Shown: positions 13,113 to 27,300 of the stretch, piece after piece
How the letters are laid out: each line of letters starts with the position of its first letter
How positions within the stretch are numbered: position 1 is the stretch's first letter
Source of the DNA: Takakia lepidozioides
Taxonomy: Eukaryota; Plantae; Bryophyta
Assembly (NCBI GenBank): GCA_030704615.1
Contig: CM060731.1
Coordinates: 32,178,001 to 32,242,000 of the forward strand
Reading direction: 5' to 3'
Length of the DNA stretch: 64,000 bases
Translations under genes and position numbers: made by a program
The notes under the pieces: model-generated
Databases searched by the model: none
What the model saw: the letters and a program-made list of their open reading frames with translations, nothing else
What the model was told of the DNA's origin: nothing

Positions 13113-13929
13113 TATTGGGCATAAATGTGCGTACAAATCACCACTAACCCATTTTTTGGTACATATAGGGGATCTAATCAGAATTAAGCTAGCTTCTTAT
13201 TTCTCTAGGTAAGTAATAGATTGGAATGGTTAGCATTGCGGACGATTCCCCCTATATGTAGGTAGCCATTCTCTGGAATGCACGTTCAAATCACCTGCCC
13301 GTGTTTTTGCAAGTTCAGAGGGCAAATAGAAACTGCCACCCAAAAATAAATTATGCGGTGGAACAGTCATGGCAGAATGTCATGCACGTGGACCTTCCTC
13401 AGGCTACTAACAACTGCCGTCTAGCTAAGAATATAGATCTAGATAAATAAGAATAAGAATATAAAATCTATGTCGGAAAGAGAGTCGTGAAAGGTGGTTC
13501 GTGATTCGTGCAGGCCACCGTCCCCACCCCTGCTTTTCTCGATCGTGTCATCCAACGTCGCCTTCTCTCGCTACATGCCTCATTCTGCACTGCATCTCAC
13601 CACATTGCATGTCCGATCCCAATTTGAAGCGCTGCTCTACATTCATCTGAAGAACCCATTGCTTCTGAACACCAAAAAAAACCTAATTCAGCGTCACGCA
13701 ACATAGCCAAAGTAAGTTTAACCAATCGAAATGAGATAATTGCTTACATTCCCGGCGAGCCAGTTTGAGGGTGGAATTCAACGCCTCCCAGTAAGTTTTA
13801 GGGACTAAACTCAGCTACTTGAGTCTGAAAACTCAAATGAATATTGTGGAAGCTATGCTGATCTATTCATGGTCCCCCCAAAAGTTGATCTCATGACTCC
13901 AGAACCATCTCTCGTGAGCTCAATCTTCA

Positions 13930-14520
13930 AGTCTGAGCATGACGAGTAATTCTGGAACCCAAGGGATGGAGGTGATTCACACTTGATCAAGGTCGGTCTA
14001 GGTTGATTATAGCAATTTGTTTGAGTATGACCCTGAGCCATGTATGGAGATCAATTCACTCAATCCTAGTTCTTCCCGGTTTAGAGGGTTGAAATTCCAA
14101 AATTCGAGCTTACATGATAATGGTTCCATTGTTACACATGTATACTCTAGGATCCTTGCCTACTAGTACAATAGACTAATACATCAAGATAAACTGACAT
14201 GATTTCCAAACGTTTTGTAGGTACCCCATCTCCAGAGAGACTCGATGAAAGATTATCAGCTGAATTTCAAGAAAGCATGGTGTGCAGTTAACATTGATGC
14301 ATATGGACTCGATTTTTCAGACTATGAGTCAAATTCTGAATTTCAATCTTGTGACTTGGAAGAATTAGGATCTAGTGAATTTCTCTCCATGCGTGATATT
14401 GAGGCCCATACTCAAGGAAATTGCTACAATCAACCTAGACCTAGACCTTGTTCACCTGGGGATCATCTCCATCTGTCGGCACATGTCACGCTCACCCAAC
14501 TGTCATAGAACCATGAAGAG
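13930..14520. repeat. Diverged inverted duplication
   Basis: 13990-14080 (minus) resembles 14360-14445 (plus); both translate to HTQxNCYNQPRP. Confidence 0.65.
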
Positions 14521-15548
14521 TCCTCAAACTGACTGGGCAAGCTCTTTAGAAATTCCCCTCCTCGCTACAGCTGATGGACCACACAATGGGCTTCTTGGCT
14601 GTCATCAAGGGGGCCTACAAGTCTACTTGAAGTGTTGCAAGCCAATACCTTAAAGGAAATATGAGAACTCTAAAGTCACTCCCTCCACCTTCCCATCCCA
14701 TCACCCTACATTACTGGGCCTTGTGAGAAGCTTAAGCACATTCATTTTTTCAGCACTCCACCATTCTAATAGAGCAGTACAGGTGTTGCCATTTACTGCA
14801 ATAACTGGCTCGTTGGGCCGAGTCAGGGTCTGTAGTTCTCCAGGATTTCTGCCAATGTTAGGGTTGGCATGTGCACTTACAACCTGCAAACATCTCAGGT
14901 CGACCACCTTGGTACACATGAAATAGATGGATATCTTGGTTACATTCCTGCAAAGAGGAGGTCTTGCTCCAAGATTTTCAGGAAGGATGGTGATCACAGT
15001 GATCCTTCTTAGCCTAGAGGATGGAGCTACATACACTCCTTACAATTGCAGATTTCTCCACGTTGAAGTAGTTGACGGTCTGGAAGTATCACCAATCGTA
15101 TGGCAGCTAGAGACCCCTTCCTTGTCCAATTTATAAACTTCATTTAATTGATTAGATTACAAATGCAGTAGATTTCACACTACCGGAGAGCCATCCATTC
15201 TTTCTCATGTAACGCTCAGAGAGAATCACTGTCAATCTAGGTCTGAAGCCAAACCAGAAAGTCCTGCATGGTACAAAATAGACAAGTACAAGGCCTAACC
15301 TTTCTCCTGAGAAGCTACTGTCCTTGCCAACCTTCCCATAATTGGCTGTAGCCTGGTTACAGGCTCTCAAATATTTACAGAATCCATAGCCACATCTCCA
15401 AGTGACCATCCCTGCCTAGCAGAGGGATTGAACCCCCGAAGCTGTTTGGCAGACAAATATTGGGACTACATCACAATGGTGTCAACAACAAATTCAACCC
15501 ACTATTCATAAACGACGGGTGCAATATTACATAAAGGAAGCTACACAT

Positions 15549-18500
15549 CTACCTCATCCTGATACTAGTATTTGGGAAGATGACATCTGGGTTGCGGATG
15601 TGAGGATTGAGAGCTGCCACCTCCTGCCACTTTGTTCCTGTGCCATGAACACGAGCGGAGATGCTCCACAAGGACTCCCCTTTCTGCACCTTCGTTTTTG
15701 CTGGTGGAGCCTTAGACTTGAGCACTGGGTGCCTGGCAGCTGACTTGCCCATTCCATTGGCTACAAGCCACCGCGAGCCTGACTGTTGCTGCTTCTGATT
15801 TCCCCATCCCCCTTTCTTCTTCTCAGACGTGTTCTCACTGGCTTTTAATCCTGACATGGTAACCTGCACAATCTTGAATTGTGGGGGCTGGGGGGGAACC
15901 TCAGCTTCTTCAGCTTCTTCACTGTTTCCCTTCATGGAAATTCGTTTCCCTAGCTTGGGACGCGGAGGCATCGAAACCCTCTCTGCCTGAACCAGTGCCA
16001 TCATGGGTGCACCCATTGGCTCATAGTTTCTGAGTGGATCTCTGAGTTGAACCAGCATAGCCAATGTCAGGGTGTCACCCATGAACCCCCCACCCATATC
16101 ACTTGCACCACCTTTCCCGCCTGGTCTTCGCCACCTTACCTTGTCATTGTCACTGGGCTTACCCACAACTACGACATCCTTATGTATGGCATGGTGAGCT
16201 GCCAAAATTGCCATGGTGTTTTCTTTGTCCTGTGTTTCATCATACATCCCGGCATCAAGCCTCATCCATTCATCCAAGGAGATTGCCATCGACATCAACC
16301 CATCATCAGAGCTGCTTGAAGCTTCCTCGTCAGTGCTCCCGCCTTCCAACAAGTGCATAGCTGCAACACCCTCTAACTTTCCAATGCCCACCGACCTCTT
16401 CCTCTTGGACCCACCTTCCAAAGCCATCTCCTGCCAGGAAAGTGCATCCACACTATAAGGGGCTTCATCCTCTGTCATGTCAGCTTGTATCTTCAGTCCC
16501 TCCATCGCCAAAGCTTCAATCTTCTGCATTGCCATTGGTGCTAAGTCCTCTAGAGACATGTACTCATCAGTTGTGTTTGCAAAGCTGCTTTTGCGCCGAT
16601 TATAACCTCTGGAATTGGTGGCCATGCTTGAAGCAGCTCTGTTGACCAAAGAGCCTCCCCAGGAGACGCCATCTCCATGCTCTAGACTCAGCCCTGTTTC
16701 CCCACTACCCGCAGGACCTAATGCCGCATACCTGCATGTCACCCAAGTCTATTAGTTAGCATTGGTCAACACTTCAGGACTCACATCAGGAACCTGTTGG
16801 CAAAGAGTCCCCCAAATGCATGGGATCCAAAAACCAGCTACGAAGCTCGGCAGTATTTTGACCTCAGCCCTAAACTATGGTCTAGGAAATTACCCGTTCC
16901 TGAATTTTCCAAGCTGGTGGTTCCCTCCTTCCAACGCAGCTGTACCCTCACTAGCAATTTGTTCCACACTTTTCCCTGTAATATCCTCCAAGGGCATTGC
17001 CATCATAGCTTGGACAGCCATGCCTTCCATGCCAGCAGCTGCCATATGGCGCAAAATGTCCATGGAGTTTGACCCCATCTCTGCAGGGACAACCAGGGGC
17101 TTTGAAACTTGCATAACCAGTTGCCCACCCACGCTGCTTGCCTGGAAGTGCATGGGACTCATAGACCTCAATGACCCTCCATCGCGGGTTTGGACTAAGG
17201 GTCCCATGCCCTGTCCCAAAGGAGGTACCCTTGGCATGTGAACCAGTGCTGAGCTGTAAGGGCTATCATAGTCTTGGAGTGGGAGAGGCTTGGGGGGCAA
17301 GCCCTCAAAAGCTTCTGCATTCAGACCCCATTCTTGCATGAGAGCCTCAGTCTCAGCATCTTCCAGCAATTTGGCACGATTCTTACTTTGCATGGTCTGT
17401 GTTGCTTTCTGCAGCTCAGATTCAGCAGCCTCCATGATGGAGGCTAGTTCTGTATCCTCTTCACTGCCCCAGCCTGGAAAGTCAGACATACACACATGGT
17501 AAAAGTAAATATGAGAACTAACCAGCTGCAAGATCAATGGTAATAAAAACCCATCACATTGTGTAATAGCATTACCATAACATCAATCTGATAACAAGTA
17601 ATCAACCCAGACTTGACCTCAGTAGCTCATGGCTGTTGGTATATTCCATCGTCTCTCAAACTGAGAGAATAGGAAGGCTGTTCAATTAGTGCATTTTGTC
17701 TGGTAGCCATTTGTGCAACAGAATGCTCAACCTGGGTTGGCCTCACAAATGCTGATAGAAGCAAAAATCAATGTTCTAATACAGCTATAACTGTTGTTCC
17801 TTGTTCATAAATAAAGCAATTACATGGAATGATTAACCTCCAAATATGCATCAAATTTCATATCACACACAAAGCAGAAGCCACATAGTCTTACACCTGG
17901 GTAGAAGTAATAGTAGTAAGTGGGAGAGCATGTAAGGCAGAATTCAAGCAATGCCAATTGGAATCCTTGTCCAATCCAAGCTCCCTGACAATTCTGCTAT
18001 ACATGTTCTATACCGGTGTTTTGTGAACCCCTTAAATGCCACACTTGTCTTTCAGATTGGCCTTCAGCCATGTCAACTGTGTTACAGACTAAGGTTACTT
18101 TCTTATGTGTCCATTCTGGAGCCTATACCTTAAACGTGCCACTGCTTACTTAGTGGATGGTTTAAGATTCTATTTTTTCCTGGGAGGTGATGTCAATTGG
18201 TTAGAAATTACAATTTGTAGCCAAGTATATTGTCCACATTGCCTAGAGACTTCTTCAGAAATGTCTAGAGTACACTGCATGAATAAGTAAATAGAAACGA
18301 CCTGAGGCAGCTGGAATTAGACATCCTTTTTGACAATATCTTCACCCAGTTGAAAGTTGTTGAATTGTCTCCTTAGAGAGTCATCCTTGAGACCAATGTG
18401 CACACTTCACATGGAAGTGTCTGTGGTCCTATGGTGCCCACTTTGAAGGCATCCACAATACGACCTAAGACAGCTAGAACTAGACATCCATTCTTTCCTG

Positions 18501-21500
18501 GAGAGTCGTTGAGGCTCACAACATCACAGAATATGATAGAACTCTGTTCAATAGGACCAAAGGCACAGATCAAAAAGCACTCTCCTTGCTGAGATGCTTA
18601 CCTGTGAGATCAGGGGTTTGTTTCTATTGGCAACTATCAGACCATGACCAGGCGGTGCACAGACATACATCAATTCCAACATGGCCACTGACCTGGAGCA
18701 CTGAAGTCATCAGAAAGAGATGACTTGTGCCTGGACTCGTGATCCTCCATAGGGCCCCCTTCCAGGTGTAGCTCATCCGGCATATCAACGAAGGTGGGTT
18801 CATGGACTTCAGGCAGGGTGAGACCCAGGCCAACCCCACCTTCAATCAGTGCCTCCTGCTCAAATTGCTTTAATAGCAGAGCACGGGGAGAATCTGCCTC
18901 ACTGTCAGAGCTTACACCTGTTGGGCCCCTTTCAGTCTCCAGCAAATTTAAAAACTCCCCTGCCACAAGGTCGATCTCATCATCTGATTCCTCTGTCTTA
19001 CTATTCTCTTGCTCAGCTGCTGGAAGGTCTGTCTCAATTAGATATTCAAAAATTTCTTTGCTTTCCATTGTGCTCTCTCCTGCCAAGTCAGGACCTTCTT
19101 TCTTGTCCTCTTCATCATCACCATTGGAGTCCTTTCGCATAAAGCAGTATGGCGAGTCTGCAGCCCATGACTGGGAGATATCTCCCTCTTCCTCATTCTT
19201 ATCTTCCAGTTTTACACTGCCATCCTCCTTCTCCCCCTGTAGCTGGTCCTCCTGTATATCCATGGCATCCACTACATCCTGCATTTCAGAGTCACCAAAT
19301 GTTGGTACCTCACTTGTCCTTTCCTCCTCTTCATCGTCTAGCTCATGCGCTCCATCCTCTCCTTGTGTTTCTTCTCTCTCTGCCAGAGATTTTGCATTGA
19401 GGTACACATGATCATTGCCCTCCATATGAAGTTTTGTTGAGTCTGTACAGTGCACATGTAAGGACTTGCTAAACTTCTGGAACAACAATAAAATCTGAAA
19501 GCTAGTGGACACACATGCACCCCCTAATTGTAAAACATCCATTCTTCCAGAAAAGTGTACAATAACACATACAAAACAGTTAACATAAGGAGGCCTCATT
19601 AAACTCAAACCACCAAGTAACAAGTAGTATCACTCCATATTATACCAGATGATTACCAGTTGAGTATAGCTTAAGGAGTTCCTGGGCTTTATAGTACCTG
19701 TGGGCCCCACCGAATTTCCAACTCCCGCTCCATTGTGAGGTGAATAAGAATTACAAAATAGTACAATTTCGAATGCTTCAACAAGAGTTAATGCGGCATG
19801 GACCTCTCACCTTCCGCCTGGTCTTCCTCTTGCACGACCATGCCGGCACTCCCATCTACCAGTTCTTCCTGTAATGCTGCCTCATCTCCATAATAAGTGG
19901 ACAAAGTATACATCTCCGTCCCACGATCAACCACTGTGAATTCAGCCTCATCTTCTGAACAAACTTGAGGATCTTCAGCTTGATGCTCATGACTAGACTC
20001 CTTGGTAAGATCAGATGCTTTCTCCTCAGACTGCTGTGGGGTCGGTGGCGCTAATAAGGACTTAACTTGGGGAAACAGGATAATAGTTGGTGCCCCTGTT
20101 GGAAATGCTTTGACCTCTGGCCGCATTCTTTCTTTCTGTGCATACTGTCCCGAAGTGTAAGGGCTCTCTGTGGTTACAGATTCATCTAGGCTTAAGTGTT
20201 CCATACCAAGATACTCAGAGAGGTCTGCTGGAGGCTCTGACAGGGTAGGGGAAAGGTGGGCATCCAAAGGGCGTGCACGAGGAATTCCAGTGGGGGAGTT
20301 GGGCAGGCTGTAGGAGCGAATTTCATTCAGATTTCGCAAATCCCCAAAACTTGGTGCTGAAGAAATTGACGGCTCAAAGTCCTTGTTCACAATCTGATAG
20401 CCAAATGTGACCACAAGGGTGCCACCCTTGGCTTTCCCGGACAGCTTGAAACTTGTAGTCCAACTGTTTTGCTTCTCATCATCACTGTTATCATCAAGAT
20501 TTTCAGGTAGCAATCGGCTGAGGTCCAACCGATGCTTTCCAAGAACAAGCTTATCCACATCCAGGGCAATGACGGAGAGATCAAAATTCTTAGATGTGTA
20601 CTTGACGGCATGCGAGCCATTCTTGGAGCCATACACAGTGCATTTTAAGTTCAACGTTTCTTCAAATTCAGCAGAGCCCTGGAACACCCGGGAGGGCATA
20701 GTCTGAGCTACACTCTCTTTGCGTCGCCAGTGGACAGTGAGACGGAGGCCATTCATAGCAGATGGAAGGCCCTCAATGCCATGAACATGTACCGTGAACA
20801 CACAGTTGAAGCGCTGTTGCCCCATGTGCACAATTGCCCTGAATGGTTTCCAGTTCCAAAAACTCTTCTTTTCCTTTTTAGCCTGAAGCTTCTGGCTGAA
20901 GTTAAGATTGTCTTGCAGCCAGGCAGGGAAATTGGTCACCTCGGGCAAGTTCTTTTCAAAGCCCTGGGAATGCCATGACTGTCGGGGGCCATCATTATTT
21001 GGTACCTGTGGACCTGCCCTCTGAAGATCTAATCTGTAAGTAGCAGTTTTCTTAGCAGAATCAGCAGAAGGAGCAGCTGAAGGCGAAGATGATGGACTTC
21101 GATCTTCTGCTCTCTGAGCATCTAATCTGTATATCCCAGTCTTCTTACCAAAATCAGTAGAGGAAGGTGAAGCTGAAGGCCTGGGAGGAATGGGAGGCCT
21201 TGGTTGTGGAGACTTAAGAGCAGATGAGTAGAGAGAAGGGGGGGTTAAGCTTCCTGGCCTGCCATATGAGTCACTGACGGTGCGAGCAGGCATTGTCTCT
21301 CTCCTCGTAAGGTGAGGTGATGTTGCTTCATTCTTTGGAAGATATGGAATTGTTTCATTCCTCAGGAGATATGGAGATTGTGCTTCCTTCCTTGGGGGAT
21401 ATGGAGATGTGGCATCAGTCCCACCCAGATACAGATGTGGTGGTCCTTCTCTCCTACCAAGATATGGAGATGGTGGTCCTTCTCTCCTACCCATATATGG

Positions 21501-22079
21501 TGAAGGAGGTTCTTCCCTCTTACCGAGATATGGAGATGGTGGTGCTTCTTTCCCATGTAGATATGGAGATGGGGGTGCTTCTTTCCCATGAAGATATGGA
21601 GATGGGGGTGCTTCTTTCCCCCGAAGATACGGAGCAGGCAGTTCGTCTCTCCCACGAAGATATGGGGATGGTGGTTCGTCTCTCCCACGATGATATGGAG
21701 ATGGCGGATCTTCCCTCCCCTGATGATATGGAGATGGGGGATCGTCCTTCCCCTGATGATATGGAGATGGGGGGTCTTCCCTCCCGCGAAGATACGGGGC
21801 TGGCATTTCTTCTCTCCTGCGAAGATAGGATGGCAGATCTTCTCTTCCACGGAGATATGGAGATGGCGGTTCTTCTCTCCCACGAAGATATGGGGACTGG
21901 GGCTCTGCACGGCCAACAGGGTAGGGGGATGATACTTCTTTCCTTGGGGGAGGAGGCTGCTGGCCCGCCTTGTATAGAGCCTGGCTTAGAGCTTCAAGTT
22001 CCTTCAAGAGTTGACCCCCTGAATCTCCCCTGGGCGTGCCCCCCACTACAGACGGGGATGTCGGTGCAGACCTCACCAT
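15549..22079 (-). CDS. PMIR1: PLASTID MOVEMENT IMPAIRED1-related protein, copy A (NT-C2, PMI1/PMIR C-terminal domain, LysM-like tail), ~1593 aa
   Basis: Inferred exons 22079-19811, 19442-18693, 17473-16894, 16731-15549; all GT-AG with consistent phase (4782 nt). Motifs: QLLKELEALSQALY, KKSFWNWKPFRAI.H..QQRFNC.F, LGKHRLDLSRLLP, SDSEADSPRALLLKQFEQEA, LLEDAETEALMQEWGLN, VQLRDPLRNYEPMGAPM, GESLWSIS...NPHIRNPDVIFP. Confidence 0.93.
21300..21940 (-). repeat. Coding 33-bp minisatellite (11-aa EPPSPYLRGRE-type repeat), ~20 units including degenerate ones
   Basis: Repeated agatatggagatgg core on the + strand; repeats visible in the exon 1 translation. Confidence 0.9.
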
Positions 22080-23399
22080 AATGAACCCTCACTGACCCTG
22101 CATTTGCTTTCTCTCACCCACCTCTCAGGCTTATCTCACCTCAAGTGCTGTCTCTTTGTCTCCAACTCCACATCTCCCCCCTTCTGAGCTTCATTTTTTC
22201 GTGACAACCAACCCTGGCCTTGGAGTTGCTCTTTCTGAAGAGACACTGAAAATGCTGTGGAATGCTACATCACACCAGCTTATGTGTATGTGACGATCAT
22301 CTTTCCCACTTGAGCTGCTCCTCATCTCCGGCTATGTACAAGCTCAAAAATGTGCTGAGGACCAAGTAACAGAGAAAGCTGCACAAAATCAATTCAGAGA
22401 TTGGGTCATTGGTCGCTTTCTTTGTTTGCACAATGAGCCAGGAAAGCATGGCAGAACATCCATTCTAAGATCACCCTAGGGTTGGGTGGTTAGGGAAATT
22501 CTATGAGCTTTGAAAGCATAAAATGTGATATTGCACCAAATCAACTTGCAGCCCCTCTGCAAGCTCAGGGAGCATTTGTACTGAAAAGTATATGTTATGT
22601 CTCAGGCAAATGTAGCAGTTGTCACTGAAGAAGCAGCCCGAGAAAGCATCCACCTGCTTAAAGTGTTGCTTGGCACAACAAATTCTGCACAACGTAGCTG
22701 GCAGAAATTGATCCAGGTCAGGTTCAAACGCCTGTGCTCCAACAGGAGCAGATTTTTTTCGACTGCTAGTTTGAGGCTTCTGATAATAGAGAGACAGCAT
22801 CAGAGGGGCCAACAATCTGGTTAAAAAACAGTGACCTTAAACAATAAATCGAAAAGCTTGCATAGAATTGCTCGGAAGAAGTCAACGAACCTCTCAGACA
22901 AGGGACAGAGGTGCGCAACCTAGCAAAGCAAGTCGAGGGCTTACAACAAGCAACCAGATGTTCGAAGATGTCTAACGCTGGAGGAAAAAATCATTGAACT
23001 TGTGACGCAACATTGAAGCAACAACGCAAGGAAGTATAGGAAACTAAGTAAATGGAGTCTGACATTTGGGAGACCGTGCAGTTGTCAACAATACAGTTGT
23101 ACAGCACGAGCTGATGACCGGCAGGCTCCTAGAATAAGAAGCGCAGCTGTTGCAAGAAAGGGCTGAAAGCAGACAGAAACATAAATTGAATTGGAGTCTG
23201 GAACAGAGCTAAGCAATTCTTGCTGGAACTTTGGACTCCTCGCGTGATGTGTGCTTTTCTGCCGAGAACGAGGAGGTTGTTCAAGTCCCACAAATGCGGA
23301 ATCTCTACAGAAAGACTGCAGAAGGGAAGAAGTGAAACAACTTGAGGGATGGGACCAAGGGATTGAAGTACGAAAATACGAGTTGTGAGAAGGTAGTAA

Positions 23400-24320
23400 T
23401 GATGATTGAGAATCATCATCACTTCCTGAAGTAGGGGGGCACCTGCACAGCGTTTGCTGGCTGATGTCTGAGCTGCAGCAGGAGCTTCGTGAAAGGACAC
23501 AAGCAGTCAGATTGCTGAGACCGAGCTGAAGGACCTCTCAAAGGCTGTGGCAAAGGGGGTGACAGGAGAAATCGATGCCGCAGTGTGGGCAAGAAAGAAC
23601 CTTCCCACCATGAGTCTTTAGGTGAGGAGGTTGCAGCGCCAAGTGCTGTAACAGAATGACGATATACGCTCATGTATGGTCCAATTCGCATTCTTGGGAA
23701 GTGGGAGAATGAAACTTTTCCACTGGACTCAGCAAAAAGTAACGAGTTGGGCAATCACCTTTTTCAAAATCGAACCTGGCAACATCACTCCATTTCCCAC
23801 CTTGCAGCAGACTTGAACAGTTTGTGGGGAAGTGTGGAAACTGAGAGGTGAATTGTCAGGTCCATTGGACTGCAACCCAGATATGCGCTCCTGCTGTTGC
23901 CATGAAGAACGTCCCCATGGCTCCCATTGTTGCATTGTGAACTGGGCCTCCCATTTCCTCCACAGACGTGCACCCTTCGTCTCAACGGCCACAGGATATT
24001 GTGGGCATCCAAACAGTGGGAACATCTGTGGGAGCTGCAAAACATCGTGATCGGGAACACTGGGAACTCCAAGTTTCTCCTCATCGATCTCCTCAAAGCC
24101 ACACAAAAAGTTCCAGACATTTGATTGCACATGGACTCCGCAGAAGGAGCGAAGCTTGCAGGAGATTGGTCGAAGGCGCAGATGAGGTTGAGTGTCTGAC
24201 TCAGGCATGGCCCCACCTCATCGAAACATGCGGCCACGGGAGCTTTGCAACAAGTCCATGCCCAATGCAAAATCCCATCTCTTGAGGAACGAAGCCTACA
24301 CACGATTCTGTGGTTCAAGA
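23400..24320 (-). pseudogene. Possible degenerate paralogue of the adjacent DUF688-like gene
   Basis: Short collinear similarities across frames: RKWEAQ ~ FKWEAE, AATSSPKDS ~ PATPSSSEDS, PPLPQPLRGP..CLCPFT ~ PPPPNRPTPQLPQCFFSLT. Confidence 0.3.
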
Positions 24321-27300
24321 GTTTTCAAATGAAAGTATTTCATGTTGATCAAGCTGTCCGACTCCTCATAAAAACGTTCTGTTCCAGACTCTCGAAAGAA
24401 AAAAAAAGTCCAAAGAGCCTTCAACCCCACCAGTACCTACTGTCACATCCCTCGGTCAACTCAAAGCAGTACATCTGTACACCTTTACAAACGTCAAGAT
24501 GAGATCATCAGGTCATCAAGTCAGCCGCATGTATACACAACAAGGCAGTCCTGTCAGTTAAAGATCATTCAAGGGCTTCAAAGTTCACATCGAACGATTA
24601 GTTACTGGTAAGCTTGTGGCCTGACAATTCCAATCTACCTATGATGGTGAGTCGTGATGTACAGGGAAGAAGGCAATCTGGTCATGCGAAATATAAGCGA
24701 CCTCACTGGGCCGCAGCCCTGAGCCCACCCACAGCGAGCCAATATTGTGACTTCTCATATCCACCCAATCTCTTCGCATGGAGGCCGCGTGTAACCAGAG
24801 TTAGATTCCACCAAACAGTGGGCCGGATCTCACGCTCTACTTAATGAGAATTGTGTTGCCATGGGGTGCCACACCACAAGCACAGTTGCAAACTTAACTT
24901 AGTTCAAACTTTAAATCATGGCAGTCCAAGACGAGATCTTTCTGCTGACCACTGACACACACGCATGCGTCGCAGCAAGGAGTATATAATACCTAACATT
25001 GATGTGCGACCTGTACTATCAACTCTGAAGCCTCTTATTTTCCTGCTCAACCTTTACAGTTGCCCAACTTTCAAATATTCATCCCCATATCCTAAGTTAT
25101 CAGCTCCTGGACTCTCCCTCTTCCGATCGTTACTTGTTCCGGGCCTGTACACCAGGGCCTTGGAGATTCGCTTGCTATATATATATATACTCGAGAGGGG
25201 ATGAAAGAATGATCTTCTGCACCCGAAGCGTGCAACATGATGCATCAGAGGTCATGCATCAAGCTGCGAGAACGTTCCTTCTGAAGAATCCAATACGTAT
25301 GAAACTTAAATACATAACGGAGTACTGCAGCGGGTATTAATGGGGGAAGGTCTTTCAAAGTAGGTAATTACTGGGAAAGGTACAAGAGTAGAGAAGCACC
25401 GATGCTTTGTGCTCACTCCTTAAACAACACACGAGCTGCACTAAGCTCTTGAGCTCGAATCTTTGGCCCGAAGTCGAGAAGTTCAAGTGTAATCTGATGT
25501 AGCTTATCAAATGCTCTGCTTCTCAACTTGAGAATCGATCGCGCTCTGCGCAGACTGCGGCTGCCGTGTAGCAGCGTGACTGGGCTCTCCCCTCCTTCCA
25601 AAAAATCGCAGACCAAGACAGACCCATCTTCTTTCTACGTGCAACTACCTCTCCAACTACCCAAGTTCTCATGGCGTTCGCGTGTGATGCGCTTTCTACA
25701 CTGAGCTCTTCGGCGGTAACATAAGTTTCATAAAACTGAAATCATATGTTCTCAATTTCTCATATTTTTATTTGGATGCACAACAAATACAGGAGATGTT
25801 ATCTACATGATTTTGCTATAACATTTTGAGTTTTTTGTCTCAAAATATATTTCAAAAAGAAAATATGGCGGGGACTTAGTTCCAAGCAGACCAACAGTGA
25901 TCAAAGCCAACCCTGCAATATACACAAGAGAATGCTTCAGTATTGTGATCAATGCACTCTTGAGATTAATCAAAAGTTGTGAGGCAAGCATGCTAGAGTG
26001 TGATCCTGTGAATATAGAAAGAGGTGAGTGACAAGTGGGCTCACCTACAACAAAGATTTGTACACCCCTCAACACTCGCTTGATATGGTAGTTGCAGCCT
26101 GTCAGATTGTCGTAAAGCTTTAGTACATTCGGAGCCTGCTATTGCACCCAGAATTTGCAAGGAGACTGATGAGAGATGATGCCTGCAAGCAAGCTTAATA
26201 CTACAAATGTAAACAGTGAAGAGAGACCTAGAGAAGGCTCCATGGAATCTACATCAGGAAGATGCAGCCTCAAGTGAATCAGAATTTCTTCCTAGATGCC
26301 AGAATCATTGTGCATTGTAGACTGGCACAACAGATGGGGGCTTTTTCTCGCTGTCATCATCATGATTCCGTTACTGGCACTGGAAAAGCCATGTACAGTA
26401 ATGCCCATCCATGCTGGGAGAGGTGATTAATCATACCCCCGGATCTCATCAGAGCAGGCCGTGGCTATTACAGCTTATAATTAGTGCGTGGGTGGTCTCA
26501 CTAACCACTACAAAACATGATTGAGAAGTTTTCTTGTCCACATTCCTGTTCCTTCTGTGAGTGAGTTGAAAAGTATAAATAAAACGGAAAAAGTACATGC
26601 ACACATGAGAGGCTGAGACACTATATTGTAGTGACTTAAAAGTCTAAAAGAAGCCATTTCTTTCACACATGTTAAGCTGTACTAGCACAGACCTCCAAGA
26701 AAAACAAAACAATGGAGAGAGACAAACTGTGTAATCAAGCAATCATAAAGACACCAGAAGCTTGCCTGTACATATGGTCGTCGTGATGGAGATAACTCAA
26801 TAAAACTGGAATGGACCTGTGGAGGATTTCTGGTTGAGAGGGCCAAGTCTTGCGACAAAGCTGTCGACTGGTTGTAGACTTGGTCCAGGTGCCGGATGCA
26901 GCCTTGGTACGGCCTTGGAGCTTTTACTTCTATCTAAGAATGGCTGCCAGCCCCACCAAATCAATAGCAAACATATCATCAGATCGCAAGAAACTCCTTT
27001 GCAGAACTAATCCATATTGTAGCAATTCATCCTCACATGACTTGGATTCCCCTTCCCCCATGGAGTCACAAGGAGATTTAGAGAGAAATAAAATGAATGG
27101 TACTTTCTAGAGAGAGAGTGTGTGGGCGCTTATGAAACTTTGCTTAAATCCATAACTCCCACCCTGGAATCAGATGGAGAGGGAAGAGTGAAGGAGGACA
27201 GTCTAAGAGGAGAATTGGGGCTGCAACCGTAGTTAGTTTCAGCCTTCCAGATTTCCTCTTGCTGTAGATTTCGCTGAATTGCTTTACAACCTAGGAAGGG

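Noticed and set aside
14701-15036. Retroelement protease-like ORF
   Set aside because: No D(S/T)G motif or supporting domains
15405-15480. tRNA gene
   Set aside because: Only a B-box-like motif (GGTTCAATCCC, minus strand); no cloverleaf
18794-19411. Ser-rich plus-strand ORF (also 36695-37138 and 33653-34108)
   Set aside because: Antisense shadows of PMIR exons
21317-22081. 254-aa HEDMEM-repeat ORF, or a CRISPR-like array
   Set aside because: Antisense reading of the coding minisatellite; no unique spacers
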